NCBI GenBank assembly: GCA_950097015.1
Contig: CATNEN010000003.1
Span: 11,718,001 to 11,782,000 of the forward strand
Reading direction: 5' to 3'
DNA: 64,000 nt
From: Macrostomum hystrix
Lineage: Eukaryota > Animalia > Platyhelminthes
The position numbers and the translations under genes were made by a program. Shown here piece by piece: positions 34,611-46,939 of the stretch. The notes below the pieces were generated by a model. It was not told the origin of the DNA. It ran no database searches and saw nothing but the letters and a program-made list of their open reading frames with translations. The stretch's first letter is position 1, and every line of letters starts with the position of its first letter.

Positions 34611-34788
34611 GGATTTTGGATTGTCTAGGAGGCGTTTAGTAAATTTTTGTTGGTACCTAATTATTTTAAATTCCTAACTTTTTCAGCGAACCCACTTCTC
34701 ATCCTTCTGTCAAAGCAGCTCAATTAATTTGAAACTCTAAATTAAAGAACAATAACACAAATCATCCCTACAGTTGATCGGAAAAATC

Positions 34789-35877
34789 ATGGTTAAACTA
34801 TTTGTTGGCAATATCAACGATCCCAGATCTGACATGGAAGATCGTCTGCGTTCAGCATTCGCCGCCTACGGTTTAGTAACCGAGTGCAGTCTAATGCGAG
34901 ACTATGCATTTGTCCACATGGACTCCGAGCTAGCAGCCAGAGAGGCGGTTAGACGCCTGCACGGCTCACTAATCGGCAATTGTCGAGTGAATGTCGAATT
35001 CAGCAGAAGCTCCGGCGAGCGTCGCGGTGGCGGCGCCTCTGGCGGAGGCGGCGGAGGCGGTCGTCGTCAAGTTGCTTCAATGCAGCGCCAGCAACAGCAG
35101 CAGCAGCAGTTAATGCCACACTCGCTAACCCAACCGCCCCCGCTTCCAACCACAGCCTTCGATACTTCTGGCGGAGGCGTTGGTTCCGGCGGCGGCGGCG
35201 GCGGCGGCGGCGCAGGCGGAAATTTCTTCGTTGGCAATGGTTTAGGCCCGGTAACCTATCAGCAGATGCAGCAGAATCAGCATTATCAGCAGTATTACAA
35301 TTATTATAATCACAATCCTAGTACTAGTCCGCAGTTAAGCGCCGGCGGCAGTAATCATACTACAACTACTACAACGGCAACTAGTAACGGAATTCATAGT
35401 CTTGGTAGCGTCGGTCTTGGTTGCAGCGGCGGAGGCGGCGGAGGCACAGTTGGTAGTTTTAGTCAGCAAGCTACTCAACTACCATTTTGTCTTGGCGGCC
35501 TAGGCTTAGGCTTCGATCAGCAGCAGCAGCAGCAGCAGCAGCTGCCAGCCGTGTCCAATAGTTTCGGCCTGTCGCCATTTCCAAGCGGTCAACCGTTACC
35601 AACTCGATCCAGCGGAGCTAACAACACTTTCGGTATCAACACTAGCAGTCACAGTACCAGCCTTAGATGCGTCGGTGTGTCTGCCACGGCTGCCCCAGGC
35701 GGACCAGTGGCGCTGACACCTCCGGCCACGTCAGCAACAACAGCAGCGGCTGCTGCCAGACAGAATGCTGTTGTTGGCGGCGGCCTTGGCGGCCTTGGCC
35801 TCGGCCTCGGCGGAGTCGGAGTTGGCGGTGAACGCGATTTTCGTCGATATCATCCGTATGTCGACGGACAGCGATGA
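34789..35877 (+). CDS. RBM4/Lark-like RNA-binding protein: single RRM, G/Q/N/Y low-complexity tail, C-terminal PY-NLS-like motif
   Basis: MVKLFVGNI...YGLVTECSLMRDYAFVHMD...AVRRLHG...VNVEFS resembles an RBM4/Lark RRM; the protein ends in RRYHPY. Confidence 0.85.
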   Translation: MVKLFVGNINDPRSDMEDRLRSAFAAYGLVTECSLMRDYAFVHMDSELAAREAVRRLHGSLIGNCRVNVEFSRSSGERRGGGASGGGGGGGRRQVASMQRQQQQQQQLMPHSLTQPPPLPTTAFDTSGGGVGSGGGGGGGGAGGNFFVGNGLGPVTYQQMQQNQHYQQYYNYYNHNPSTSPQLSAGGSNHTTTTTTATSNGIHSLGSVGLGCSGGGGGGTVGSFSQQATQLPFCLGGLGLGFDQQQQQQQQLPAVSNSFGLSPFPSGQPLPTRSSGANNTFGINTSSHSTSLRCVGVSATAAPGGPVALTPPATSATTAAAAARQNAVVGGGLGGLGLGLGGVGVGGERDFRRYHPYVDGQR

Positions 35878-36267
35878 AATCGTTTTATACATAATTTTAT
35901 TCTTTCCTTTCAACACAATAAAATAATAGATTAATAATGATCCGATTGACTACGATTGTTTTATGATTTTCTATTTTCACTTTTCCATCCTTCCTTGTTG
36001 AAAACCTAACAAAAGGATTATAATAAGTTTACAAATCTAATTGACCAATGGCCGGTGTGCAACATCTGCACACTTCTTTTCTTCTCTATGTGTGTGTATG
36101 GGTTCTTAAACTAATATATTTGTTGTATACAAAGGTCAATTTGATTAGTTTAAGCACAAAACTAACACAAGCAGTTACGAGTATATGTACATACACTTTT
36201 TCTATTTTCTTATCTTTCTAAGTTACGATCCTTGATAATAACAATCTTCCTAGTGATGAATATCTAA

Positions 36268-36633
36268 TAATAATAATAATAATTGCAGGAGGGCTGCGGG
36301 CAATGAGACATAATTTGGTGACACTAGACCCGCAGCCAGCGAGGAGGCAATTATGCCCATTTCGCTGACTCCTGAGCACACACGCACACAGATACCGTAC
36401 GCAGGCACACGCTCACACAGGTGTGTACATCTGCCCTGACTTTCTCATCGTCAGGCAGTGTACACTCTCACTGGGTCTTGGAGGTTGGCCCTCAACGGCG
36501 TATATCGCACGACAAGCCCCCAAGCCTTCTCTCCGCGGCTGCGCCCCAAATAAATGTGGCCTCGCCGTGGAATCGAACTTAAGGACCTTGGTGCGAGAGG
36601 CAAACGCGTTAACCGCTCTGCCACCGACCGCCC
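36268..36633 (-). mobile_element. Full-length tRNA-derived SINE with (ATT)n tail and 14-bp TSD
   Basis: A-box TGGCAGAGCGG, B-box GTTCGATTC, TSD tgatgaatatctaa at 36254-36267 and 36634-36647. Confidence 0.93.
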
Positions 36634-37231
36634 TGATGAATATCTAAACCTAGAACTATAGATCTAAATAAAACTCACTTTCCAATTGTCTCAAACAGCA
36701 CTTTTACGTTACTACTAATACTACTATTAAGTAGGCTGTTTGCGCTATAAACTTCTCACTCTATCTATATTCAATTATATGGCCTCATTTGCTCGCCCAT
36801 CGTCTCTATAGTGGGACTCTATACTTTATTGCAATCTAGGATTTCTATATATCGCAACTATATGTGCACCCTAAGATGCTAGATATCGAAGTCCTTTGGA
36901 AGTAAATTTAGTTTTTATCTCTGATATCTATATTCTTCTCTCATAATAGTCTGCTCTCTGTGAGTCCTCAATAAACATGCTAATATTGTAATGCTTGAAG
37001 GTTTCATTTACGCCACGCTGTTGTTTGTGTTTCCCAAAAGTTCTCATCATAAATCTGTGTGTGTTATGTTTTTCGTATCCCCATTAAAAATATTTTTATA
37101 TGCTTCACGATCGCGCTCTTTTAAGTGTCTGTTCTCATTCTATCTAGTAGTTATTACAGAGGAAATTTGTATTGCGCCATAATAAGCTTTGTAGCCTCTG
37201 ACCTATATATAACCAGCTTAAATAATCAGCA

Positions 37232-38340
37232 ATGCCTGTCACTTCCCAGATCCCAATGCCTGTAACTTCCCAGATCCCTATTCCTGTCACTTCCCAGATC
37301 CCAATGCCTGTAACTTCCCAGATCCCTATTGCAGTCACACCCCAGATCCCTATTCCTGTCACTTCCAAGATCCCTATTCCTGCCACATCCCAGATCCCTA
37401 TTCCTGTCACTTCCCAGATCCCTATTCCTGCCACATCCCAGATCCCTATTCCTGTCACTTCCCAGATCCCAATGCCTGTAACTTCCCAGATCCCTATTGC
37501 AGTCACACCCCAGATCCCTATTCCTGTCACTTCCAAGATCCCTATTCCTGCCACATCCCAGATCCCTATTCCTGTCACTTCCCAGATCCCTATTCCTGCC
37601 ACATCCCAGATCCCTATTCCTGTCACTTCCCAGATCCCAATGCCTGTGTAACTTCCCAGATCCCTATTGCAGTCACACCCCAGATCCCTATTGCTGTCAC
37701 TTCCAAGATCCCTATTCCTGCCACATCCCAGATCCCTATTCCTGTCACTTCCCAGATCCCTATTCCTGCCACATCCCAGATCCCTATTCCTGTCACTTCC
37801 CAGATCCCAATGCCTGTGTAACTTCCCAGATCCCTATTGCAGTCACACCCCAGATCCCTATTGCTGTCACTTCCAAGATCCCTATTCCTGCCACATCCCA
37901 GATCCCTATTCCTGTCACTTCCCAGATCCCTATTCCTGTCACTTCCCAGATCCCAATGCCTGTGTAACTTCCCAGATCCCTATTTTTGTCACTTCCCAGA
38001 TCCCTACTCTTGTCACTTCCCAGATCCCTATTCCTGTCACATCCCAGATCCCTATTGCTGTCACATCCCAGATCCCTATTCTTGTCACTTCCCAGATCCC
38101 TATTCTTGTCACTTCCCAGATCCCTATTCTTGTCACTTCCCAGATCCCTATTCCTGTCACATCCCAGATCCTATTCCTGTCACATCCCAGATCCCTATTC
38201 CTGTCACATCCCAGATCCCTATTCCTGTCACATCCCAGATCCCTATACTTGTCACTTCCAAGATCCCTATTCCTGCCACATCCCAGATCCCCATTACTGT
38301 CACTTCCAAGATCCCTATTCCTGCCACTTCCCAGTTCCCT
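37232..38340. repeat. 24-bp minisatellite with 168-170 bp higher-order repeat
   Basis: cctgtcacttcccagatccctatt units; variant gcagtcacaccc recurs every 7 units. Confidence 0.95.
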
Positions 38341-40011
38341 ATTATTCTGTATTTCCGGATCTATCTATTTTCTTCTTCAAATAATTTTTCTCGCCTGTTG
38401 TAACATTTTCTATATTTTAGCGGTTTGTGACAGTTTGGTAGCGTTAAAATCGTTGTGTTTTTTAAATGGTTACTTTTTTAGCGTCGTGTTCTACAAGCAA
38501 AATGTTTTATCAATGCCTGTAGCCGAAACAGAATAGAAGTGTCAGTTCATAGGTTGGTAATTGGCTTTAGTTTAGAAATAAAATCACAGCCTTTAATATC
38601 TGTGAATTATTTCTGGTCTATCTCTATCGCAGTTTAATCTAATGCGTTGGCGACTGTGAAAGTACAATTTCATTTTAATAAGTAAACTGAATATATTACT
38701 AATTAGTTACTAAAGCGAATTGTGTCATTTCAAGCGTCCCTAATAAATATTTCTATTCATAACTTCATTTTTTGCCATCTACTCCCTATTTCTAATGCGC
38801 CTCTCTGCGTTGACCATGCGTTATAATAGTATAGTAAGTAAGCAAGGTGTAAACTATTGCATTCTATCCTACTTTTATCCAGCTTTTTCATTTCAAACTG
38901 AACGAATCGAGTCATGTGACTTAATATAAATAATATACACAAAATACTACTGTGCATTAGTTCAGTAGTGTAGTGAGAAAATAATTCCTTCAAAAAACCT
39001 TGCGCTCCTAAACGGACATAAAGCTAATTTAGTTTTAGGCGAATTTCTTATCCTATGCATATTCTGTAATACGTCTCTTTTATTAATCTGAGCTTTAGTC
39101 TATGGCTCTTCTCGTTCGCTGTCTCTATTTTTTTCTCTATCTAGAAATGGCATATAAAACTAGCAAACCCTATACTGCTTTTTTGCCTAGCTACAAACAC
39201 TCTTTGAAATTGCTCTAACTCTCTCTCTCTCTTTGCTGCCCCAATATGTCATTCATGATTTCATTCTTTGCTTAATTTGTTTGTTTATTTGTTTCTTCGT
39301 TTGCTTGCTTGCTCGTCTCCTTATTCTCCCCTATTCTCCCCACCCCGTGAAATCCTGTTCTTGGATCGTCGTAAAATAATTTTGCTTGGCTTGGTTTCTT
39401 CTCTTTTTGTAGCTACGATAGCTTAGCTATATATATATATATATATACTGCCGCCTTCTGGTTTGCCGAGGTCTTTGTTTGTTAAGTCTTTTATTCGTGC
39501 GCAAACTTTCCTAGGAGGAAGAAATTTGGTGGGGGGTGGGTTTAGAGATCGAGAAGACATTTAAGAAGGACATTGTGTTGAGCTGTCTCCACTTTAATAG
39601 TTTCTTTTATTATCTTCTTTTGAAGCTTGAAAACAGAAGCGAAACTAGTAGCTAGATCTATTAAATATAAATCTGGCGGCGTTTTGTGATCTTTCTCTAT
39701 TTTTATCTGTTCTAAAAATCTAGTTAGAGCGGCGGTTAAATATAATATTGTGTCCATTGTTTGCTTTCCTTGCGTTTTGTGTGTTTTGTCTGGGAGTTTG
39801 TCTGACCGAAGCGGACAACAACAAAACATAATCAACAGCAGCACAGAAAAAAAAGAAAAACAAATTGCAACTGAAGACAATTTTGCCAGCTTACAAAAGC
39901 AAGACACCTTGAAATGTGCTTCTTATCGACTTGATTTTTTTGTTTTTTTTTACAATTGTCTTTAAGCGTAATATTCGCATTTCGAATGTAAACATTATCT
40001 TAAGCTTAAAG

Positions 40012-40410
40012 TCTATCTGTCTTCAGGAATGTCTGTCTGTCTATCTACCTGTCTTCAGAGTTATCTATCTGTCTTCAGGACTTTCTGTCTGTCTATCTAC
40101 CTGTCTTCAGAGTTATCTATCTGTATTCAGGACTGTCTGTCTGTCTATCTACCTGTCTTCAGAGTTATCTATCTGTCTTCAGGACTGCCTATCTGTCTAT
40201 CTACATGTCTTCAGAGTTATCTATCTGTCTTCAGGACTATCTTGTCTATCTTCAGGACTGTCTTGTCTGTCTTCAGAACTCTCTATCCGTCTTCAGGACA
40301 TGATTACACCTGTCCTGATTACACCTGTATATCTAGACATGTCTGTCCATATGTCTTCAGGACTGTCTATCTATCTGTCTTCAGGACTGTCTATCTTCTG
40401 AACTATCTAT
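40012..40410. repeat. 52-bp compound minisatellite (ctgtcttcag core)
   Basis: gtcttcagag at 40051, 40103 and 40155. Confidence 0.9.
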
Positions 40411-40626
40411 CTAACTAAAATAAGAACTTCCGACCGAAAAAAAAAGTAGTTAAAGAAATGTTAAGAGGGTTAGTTAATATAATTGTGTTATTAGTTTTGT
40501 AATTGATATGTTTAACTTTGACCAATATATTTCAATAATTAATTGTTTCAGCTGAAGAAAAGAACGCCAATTCAATAAGGTGTGTTTCACCTTGCTACTC
40601 GCTAGGACACCCCAGCTAAATTGGAC

Positions 40627-41301
40627 ATGCTATCCGACATTCCTGATCCCGTCGAAGTGGAAGAGATCCTATCTAGATCTCGCGGCATACCGGAATCTCA
40701 GCAGATACTTCACGGCTTCCCTATAGACGATGTGTCAGTTGCAACGATTAGCAGACCGTGTCGCACTGAGCAGCCTGCTCAGCCCGATCGACAACCGACT
40801 GTGCCCTGTCTCACTAACATGTGCTTAGCCGCCTATGCCCGGCATTTCACTATACTGCGCCGAAACTACAATATGTGCAATAAACAGCATCACGTACTGT
40901 CTGTTAGAGATGACATCCAATCAGCTATTGCTGAACAGGAGTACGAGATTGATATGCCTAGAGAGTTGCCTATTGGTCAGCAGCAGCAGCAGCAGCAGCA
41001 ACAGTCCGCATCTAGACGTCAGCACAATGCTGTTCAACAACAATCCAGTTCTTCAAGTCGCCAACGCGGCAGTTGGGGCGTCAGTATTAACGATCTGCGC
41101 AGCGCTCCGGACGATCCGTTAGTTACTAATATTTTCTCGCCAGTTCGACCGGAAGATTTAGATAGGCAGAATGCTGTTAATCGGATGTCATCTAGGAAGG
41201 ACTGTCTGTTTCCATTGTATGTTAAACAGGAGGTGGATTGTATTGTTGAGCTGAGAGAGACACCAGCTCATCCGCAGGAACTATTTGGCAGGCGTTTGCT
41301 G
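40627..41301 (+). CDS. DOCK-C (DOCK6/7/8-like) GEF, first visible coding exon
   Basis: DPVEVEE...FPIDDVSV...RPCRT; DLRSAPDDPL; ELFGRRLL resemble the DOCK7 N-terminus. Donor ctg|gtgagt. An additional upstream coding exon cannot be excluded. Confidence 0.8.
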
Positions 41302-41439
41302 GTGAGTCGTGTGAGGATCTGGTATGAGAAATATATGACACGTATTTTTTGCAGACAATTTATTATTTATTTTTCATTCTTAAGCCTTGTTGTGATATTT
41401 ATGTTTTACGAGTATATTGGATTTTTATATAGTCTGGTA

Positions 41440-41760
41440 TGGGATATTATAGTCTCGAATGGGATATTTTAGTCTCGAATGGGATATCTTAATATACTCG
41501 TAGAATACGATATTTTAATTTGAGTAGGATATTTTAGTTTCGACTGGTATATTTTAGTATAGAATAGGATATTTTATTTTCGAATGGGATATTTTAGTCT
41601 CGAATGGGATATTTTTGTCTCCAATGGGATATATTTTAGTTTCGAATGGAATATATTTTAGTTTCGAATGGGATATTTTAGTCTCAAATTGGATTTCTAG
41701 TGGCATTGATCTCATAGTAACTACGAGTAGTAACTACGAGTAGTAACATAGTAACTACGT
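41440..41760. repeat. DOCK intron 1 minisatellite (~20-mer) plus short agtaactacgagt repeat
   Basis: gggatattttagtctcgaat units. Confidence 0.85.
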
Positions 41761-41787
41761 ACTTACTTCTAATCCCACTCCCAATAG

Positions 41788-42152
41788 GTGAGGTGCAGCC
41801 ATTTCAAGCTAACGGAAGAAGAGATCGAACCAATCTTCGCCACAATGGCCCTATACGACTTGTCGGCACGCAAGAAAGTGTCTGAAAACTTTCACTTCGA
41901 CACCAACTCTGAGGAGCTGAAAGGCCTATTGTCTGGGCACATTAAACTGCAGGATCCCTGCTCACTGTCCAAAGCCTGCGTACTCAATCTGAGCGTAGCC
42001 TCGCCAGATCTCTTTCTAGTGATTCGCCTTGAAAAAGTGCTACAACAGGGCGACATTAACGATGTGTTCGACAATTTTCAACGCGCCACTGATCCCAAGC
42101 AAAGGGAGAAGTTGAGAGCTGCGGCTGCTAGAGACTGCCAGCGGTTGGGCAG
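41788..42152 (+). CDS. DOCK-C GEF exon 2
   Basis: IEPIFATMALYDLSARKKVSENFHFD; LFLVIRLEKVLQQGDI. Confidence 0.93.
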
Positions 42153-42214
42153 GTAAGCTTGCGGGATTTCAGGTTTTTCATGCGGTTGGGGAGGGATGTT
42201 GTTAATTTTAAGGG

Positions 42215-43058
42215 GTGAGATTCTGTAGCTTTTAGTAGTATGGTGCGAGAATTTGTAGCTTTTAGTAGTATGGTATGAGAATTTGTAGCTTTTAGTAGTA
42301 TGGTGTGAGAATTTGAAGCTTTTAGTAGTATGGTATGAGAATTTGTAGCTATTAGTAGTATGGTGTGAGAATTTGTAGCTTTTAGTAGTATGGTGTGAGA
42401 ATTTGTAGCTTTTAGTAGTATGGTGTGAGAATTTGTAGCTTTTAGTAGTATGGTATATGAGAATTTGTAGCTATTAGTAGTATGGTGTGAGAAATTGTAG
42501 CTTTTAGTAGTATGGTGTGAGAAATTGTAGCTTTTAGTAGTATTGTGTGAGAATTTGTAGCTTTTAGTAGTATGGTGTGAGAATTTGTAGCTTTTAGTAG
42601 TATTGTGTGAGAATTGGTAGCTTTTAGTAGTATGGTGTGAGAATTTGTAGCTTTTAGTAGTATGGTATATGAGAATTTGTAGCTATTAGTAGTATGGTGT
42701 GAGAATTTGTAGCTTTTAGTAGTATGGTGTGAGAAATTGTAGCTTTTAGTAGTATTGTGTGAGAATTTGTAGCTTTTAGTAGTATGGTGTGAGAATTTGT
42801 AGCTTTTAGTAGTATGGTGTGAGCATTTGTAGCTTTTAATACTATGGTGTGAGAATTTGTAGCTTTTAATAGTATGGTGTGAGAATTTGTAGCTTTTAAT
42901 ACTATGGTGTGAGAATTTGTAGCTTTTAGTAGTATGGTGTGAGAATTTGTAGCTTTTAGTAGTATGGTATGAGAATTGGTAGCTTTTAGTAGTATGGTGT
43001 GAGCATTTGTAGCTTTTAATAGTATTGGGTGAGAATTTGTAGCTATTAGTAGTATGGG
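42215..43058. repeat. DOCK intron 2 minisatellite (30-mer)
   Basis: gagaatttgtagcttttagtagtatggtgt units. Confidence 0.95.
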
Positions 43059-43124
43059 TTAGATATTTATATGCCTTTTAGTATTTTTAGTGCATAAAAA
43101 CCTAATTAATCGCACCAATTTCAG

Positions 43125-43701
43125 GTACCGCATGCCACTCGCTTGGACAGCTGTTGATCTAGTCCAATGCATTCTAGATTCGGAGCGGGAATCGAGCCCC
43201 GTACCTTCCAGTTTAAGCGGCATCGGTACCGACTCTGCAATAGGTACTACTATTAGTAGCAATAGTAATTCTTCGTCTTTGACGTCAGCAACAGCGTTGT
43301 CGACTGTGGGAGCTTCACAATCGATTGATCGATCTAGCGCTGTTAGCAACATCCCCGGCACTGGCGGCGGCGCTCTCAAAAGTCGCCGAGCAATGATGGA
43401 CGACTTTCTGAGGCGCGGCAGTAGCAATCAGGACGCTTCAAAACGGGCCAGCATCACCAGCGACGATCTGGATAGAGCGTTCGACAATTTGAAGTGCATC
43501 AGCTTGACAGTGAAAAGCTTCTTCAAACAGGAGCACGACAAGATTAGCGAGGACGACCTATTCAAATATTTGAACGATTTGCGTAGGCCGACTAGTGTGC
43601 TCAAGAAATTAAAGAGCATCAGCGGCAAGATGGTGCTCAACTTGCAGACTTGTCCGTACGATTTGGATTTAAAGTGCGCCGTGACGCCTGAACTGCTGAA
43701 G
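43125..43701 (+). CDS. DOCK-C GEF exon 3
   Basis: YRMPLAWTAV; FFKQEHDKISEDDLFKYLNDLRRP; splice phases consistent. Confidence 0.93.
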
Positions 43702-43764
43702 GTGAGCTGGGAGGGCGTAATCAGTTTTCAGATTTAAGGTTTGATGTGTAATAGTTGCAGATAT

Positions 43765-44020
43765 GATTACAGACAGGTGTAATCATTGATCATAATACAG
43801 ACAGGTGTAATCATTGACCATATTACAGACAGGTGTAATAATTGATCATATTACAGACAGGTGTGATCGTTGATCAGATTACAGACAGGTGTAATCATTG
43901 ATCAGATTACAGACAGGTGTAATCATTGATCAGATTACAGACAGGTGTAATCATTGATCAGATTGCAGACATTTGGGTCATTGATCAGATTACACACAGG
44001 TGTAATCATTGATCCGATTA
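43765..44020. repeat. DOCK intron 3 minisatellite (28-mer)
   Basis: cagacaggtgtaatcattgatcagatta units. Confidence 0.93.
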
Positions 44021-44113
44021 CTCTAATTTCTTATCAAGTTAAAAATAGTTGTATTATATATATCCCAACAAAAATTAAAACGATAAACTTCTTCCCCATT
44101 CATCATCCATCAG

Positions 44114-46189
44114 GTGCATCCGTTCTGCGATCTGACATCGGCTCCAATCCGAGAGTTAGCCGAATTCCCGGCCCAGCCTCTCTACCAGCCGCATTCATTC
44201 TATCGCAATCTACTCTACGTGCATCCGAAATCAATCAATTTCAGTACTAAGCAGGGCGGCTCGGCTAGGAATGTGGCTTTAAAAACTGAATTAGTTCACT
44301 TTGATGGCCAGAAAGCCATTGCTCAGAGACTAATCTACGGCAAGTCGAGCTGTCCGGCCTATGTTAATTGTCAGTTTAGTCCGGTACTATATCACAATAA
44401 GGCGCCAGATTTTTACGACGAAATTAAAATTGAATTGCCCGGCGATCTAGGACCCGGTCATTATCTGCTGTTTTCATTCTTTCACATTAGCTGCCAACAG
44501 AGGAAGACAGCTGGTAATAATGCGGACGAGAATCAATTGGAGACCCCGTTGGGCTACTCTTGGCTGCCGTTGCTACGCTCCGGTGTATTAAATCTTGGCA
44601 ATTTCAGCCTAATGGTTAGCGCAGATGAGCCTAGCACTGCTATGTGCGGCATCGTGCCAGAGCTAGCCGAGGTTGCAGACAAATATCCGTCTGATAGGCC
44701 GCGTTGGGTCGACAGTCATAAAGAACTCTTCCGTGTTAGCCTATCAGCGTTGAGCTCTGTGCATACTATTGATCCACATCTCAATCAATTCTTTAAAGCT
44801 TGCGTGTGTGCTCAATTAAGTCAGCCTTGCTCAACCGAAGCACTGCAGGATGCTATTGATGGCCTATTGCTAGCTGATTTGGAACAATTGGTACAATTCT
44901 TGCATATTGTTTTGGATCGCCTAATGCAACTGGTACTACACCCGGCCCAGATACCATCCAATAGGCCTAGTCAGATTCCGTTCGCCGGCTTGGCCAATGT
45001 AGTTAACCGAATAGTGCAAAGCTTTCCCGATAAAGCCGATATTCACGGACGCAACTCGCTACTAACAGCCTATACTATGTATGCGGGCACTCTTGGCCAG
45101 CAGGGCGGCCTATTGAAGCTCGTGCACGAAGAGTTGGTATTGCAGATCATTCTAGCCGAACCAAACACCAGAGCGGCAGTCGCTGAGAATGCCTGGTTCT
45201 TTCTTGAAGCCCTATTACGAGCGATGCACGACTATCTAGCTGTGGAGCCGCATCTATCGTTGCCAAGGCAACGCAGATTTTCTCAACAATTCGTAGCCGA
45301 TGTAGGCACATTGGTCACCCTACTGACTAGAACAGTGTTAGTGGCAGATCGGACAGCTATTCGATTAAATCGAGCTCTAGCATTTTTTCTATCCGATCTA
45401 CTTAGCGTGATGGATCGTCTAGTTGTACTACAACTTGTGCAGCAATATTTCCGCGCAGTCAATGCCTGCTTAGAGACTGCACCAACTAGCGGCTCGAATA
45501 GTAGTCACAGTCGACTATCCGCTTGCAAAATTGATCTACTACGAATTGTCACTTCGCATGAGCACTATGTGCCATTGAATATTCCGCTAATGGAACCGGA
45601 AATAGCTAGCGAATTATCCGATCAGTATAGGCGCAGTCACTATCTATCCGGTCTGGTATTATCCGAATTGAAAATCGCCATCCGTTCCGGCGGCCCAGAT
45701 CTGCAAAGCAAAGCTGTCTGCCTACTATGGAATCTCTTAGCCAGTCACGAAGCCGACTCTCGATACCCATCGTCTCAATTGAGTATTCGCAGTCGCGTTG
45801 CTCAATTATATTTGCCTCTATTAAAGATTGCCGAAGGCGCTATTCATTTGATCGGCTGCGGCAATGTCGTTGGCTTTGGCGGTGGCGGAGGCACCAACGG
45901 TCTTGGCGGCATTGGCGATTTGGCTACTCCGGCCACGCCAGCAGATGAGATTGCTAGATTTGGCTTCACTGAGTCTACTGGCACCGCAGATCAATCGTTT
46001 ATTTATCATCAGCAACAACAGCAGCAGCAGGCTCCTAAGCCGAAACAGCGACCATTGTTAGATGAAACTAGCAGACATCTGCTGCTGTGCTGTCTGTGGC
46101 TAGTTAAGAATCTTGAAAAGCGAGCGGCTGCCACATTTCTTAGATCCCTATCGGTGCATCGAGTTCAACGTCTGTTGCAACTGCTTATG
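44114..46189 (+). CDS. DOCK-C GEF exon 4 (DHR-1 C2 domain and helical region)
   Basis: YRNLLYVHPKSINF; YHNKAPDFYDEIKIELP; LLFSFFHISCQ; ETPLGYSWLPL; HEELVLQ. Confidence 0.95.
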
Positions 46190-46329
46190 GTTGGTGAAAA
46201 TAAGTTTTTATCTAATTATTGAATACCTATAATAGTAATTCTCACTTTTTAGAGGTCTAGATAGAGCTTATTGAATGATACTAGCATATCTAGGCATCAC
46301 TGACAAATCACAATATAAAAATCTCAATA

Positions 46330-46862
46330 TTCAAGTTTCTCACTAATCTCACTCTAAGTCTACCAGAATCTCACTCTGAATCTACTCGAGTTCTCACTCT
46401 ATACTACCAGAATCTCACTCTAAAATCTACTCGAGTTCTTACTCCATATCTACCAGAATCTCACTCTAAAATCTACTCGAGTTCTTACTCCATATCTACC
46501 AGAATCTCACTCCATATCTACCAGAATCTCACTCTAAATCTACTCGAGTTCTTACTCCATATCTACCAAAATCTCATTCTAAATCTACAAGAATCTCACT
46601 TTAAATCTACAAGAATCTCACTCTAAATCTACTAGAATCTCATTCTAAATCTACTAGAATCTCATCCTAAATCTACTAGAATCTCATTCTAAATCTACTA
46701 GAATCTCATTCTAAATCTACTAGAATCTCATTCTAAATCTACTAGAATCTCATCCTAAATCTACTAGAATCTCATTCTAAATCTACTAGAATCTCATTCT
46801 AAATCTACTAGAATCTCATTCTAAATCTACTAGAATCTCATTCTAAATCTACCAAAATCTCA
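46330..46862. repeat. DOCK intron 4 minisatellite (22-mer)
   Basis: atctactagaatctcattctaa units. Confidence 0.93.
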
Positions 46863-46939
46863 ACTCAACGCCACTTGGAATTATTTCCTCGTTAGCCTAT
46901 TTAGAGCTGCAATTAACCCTGATTGAATTCGTCACTTAG

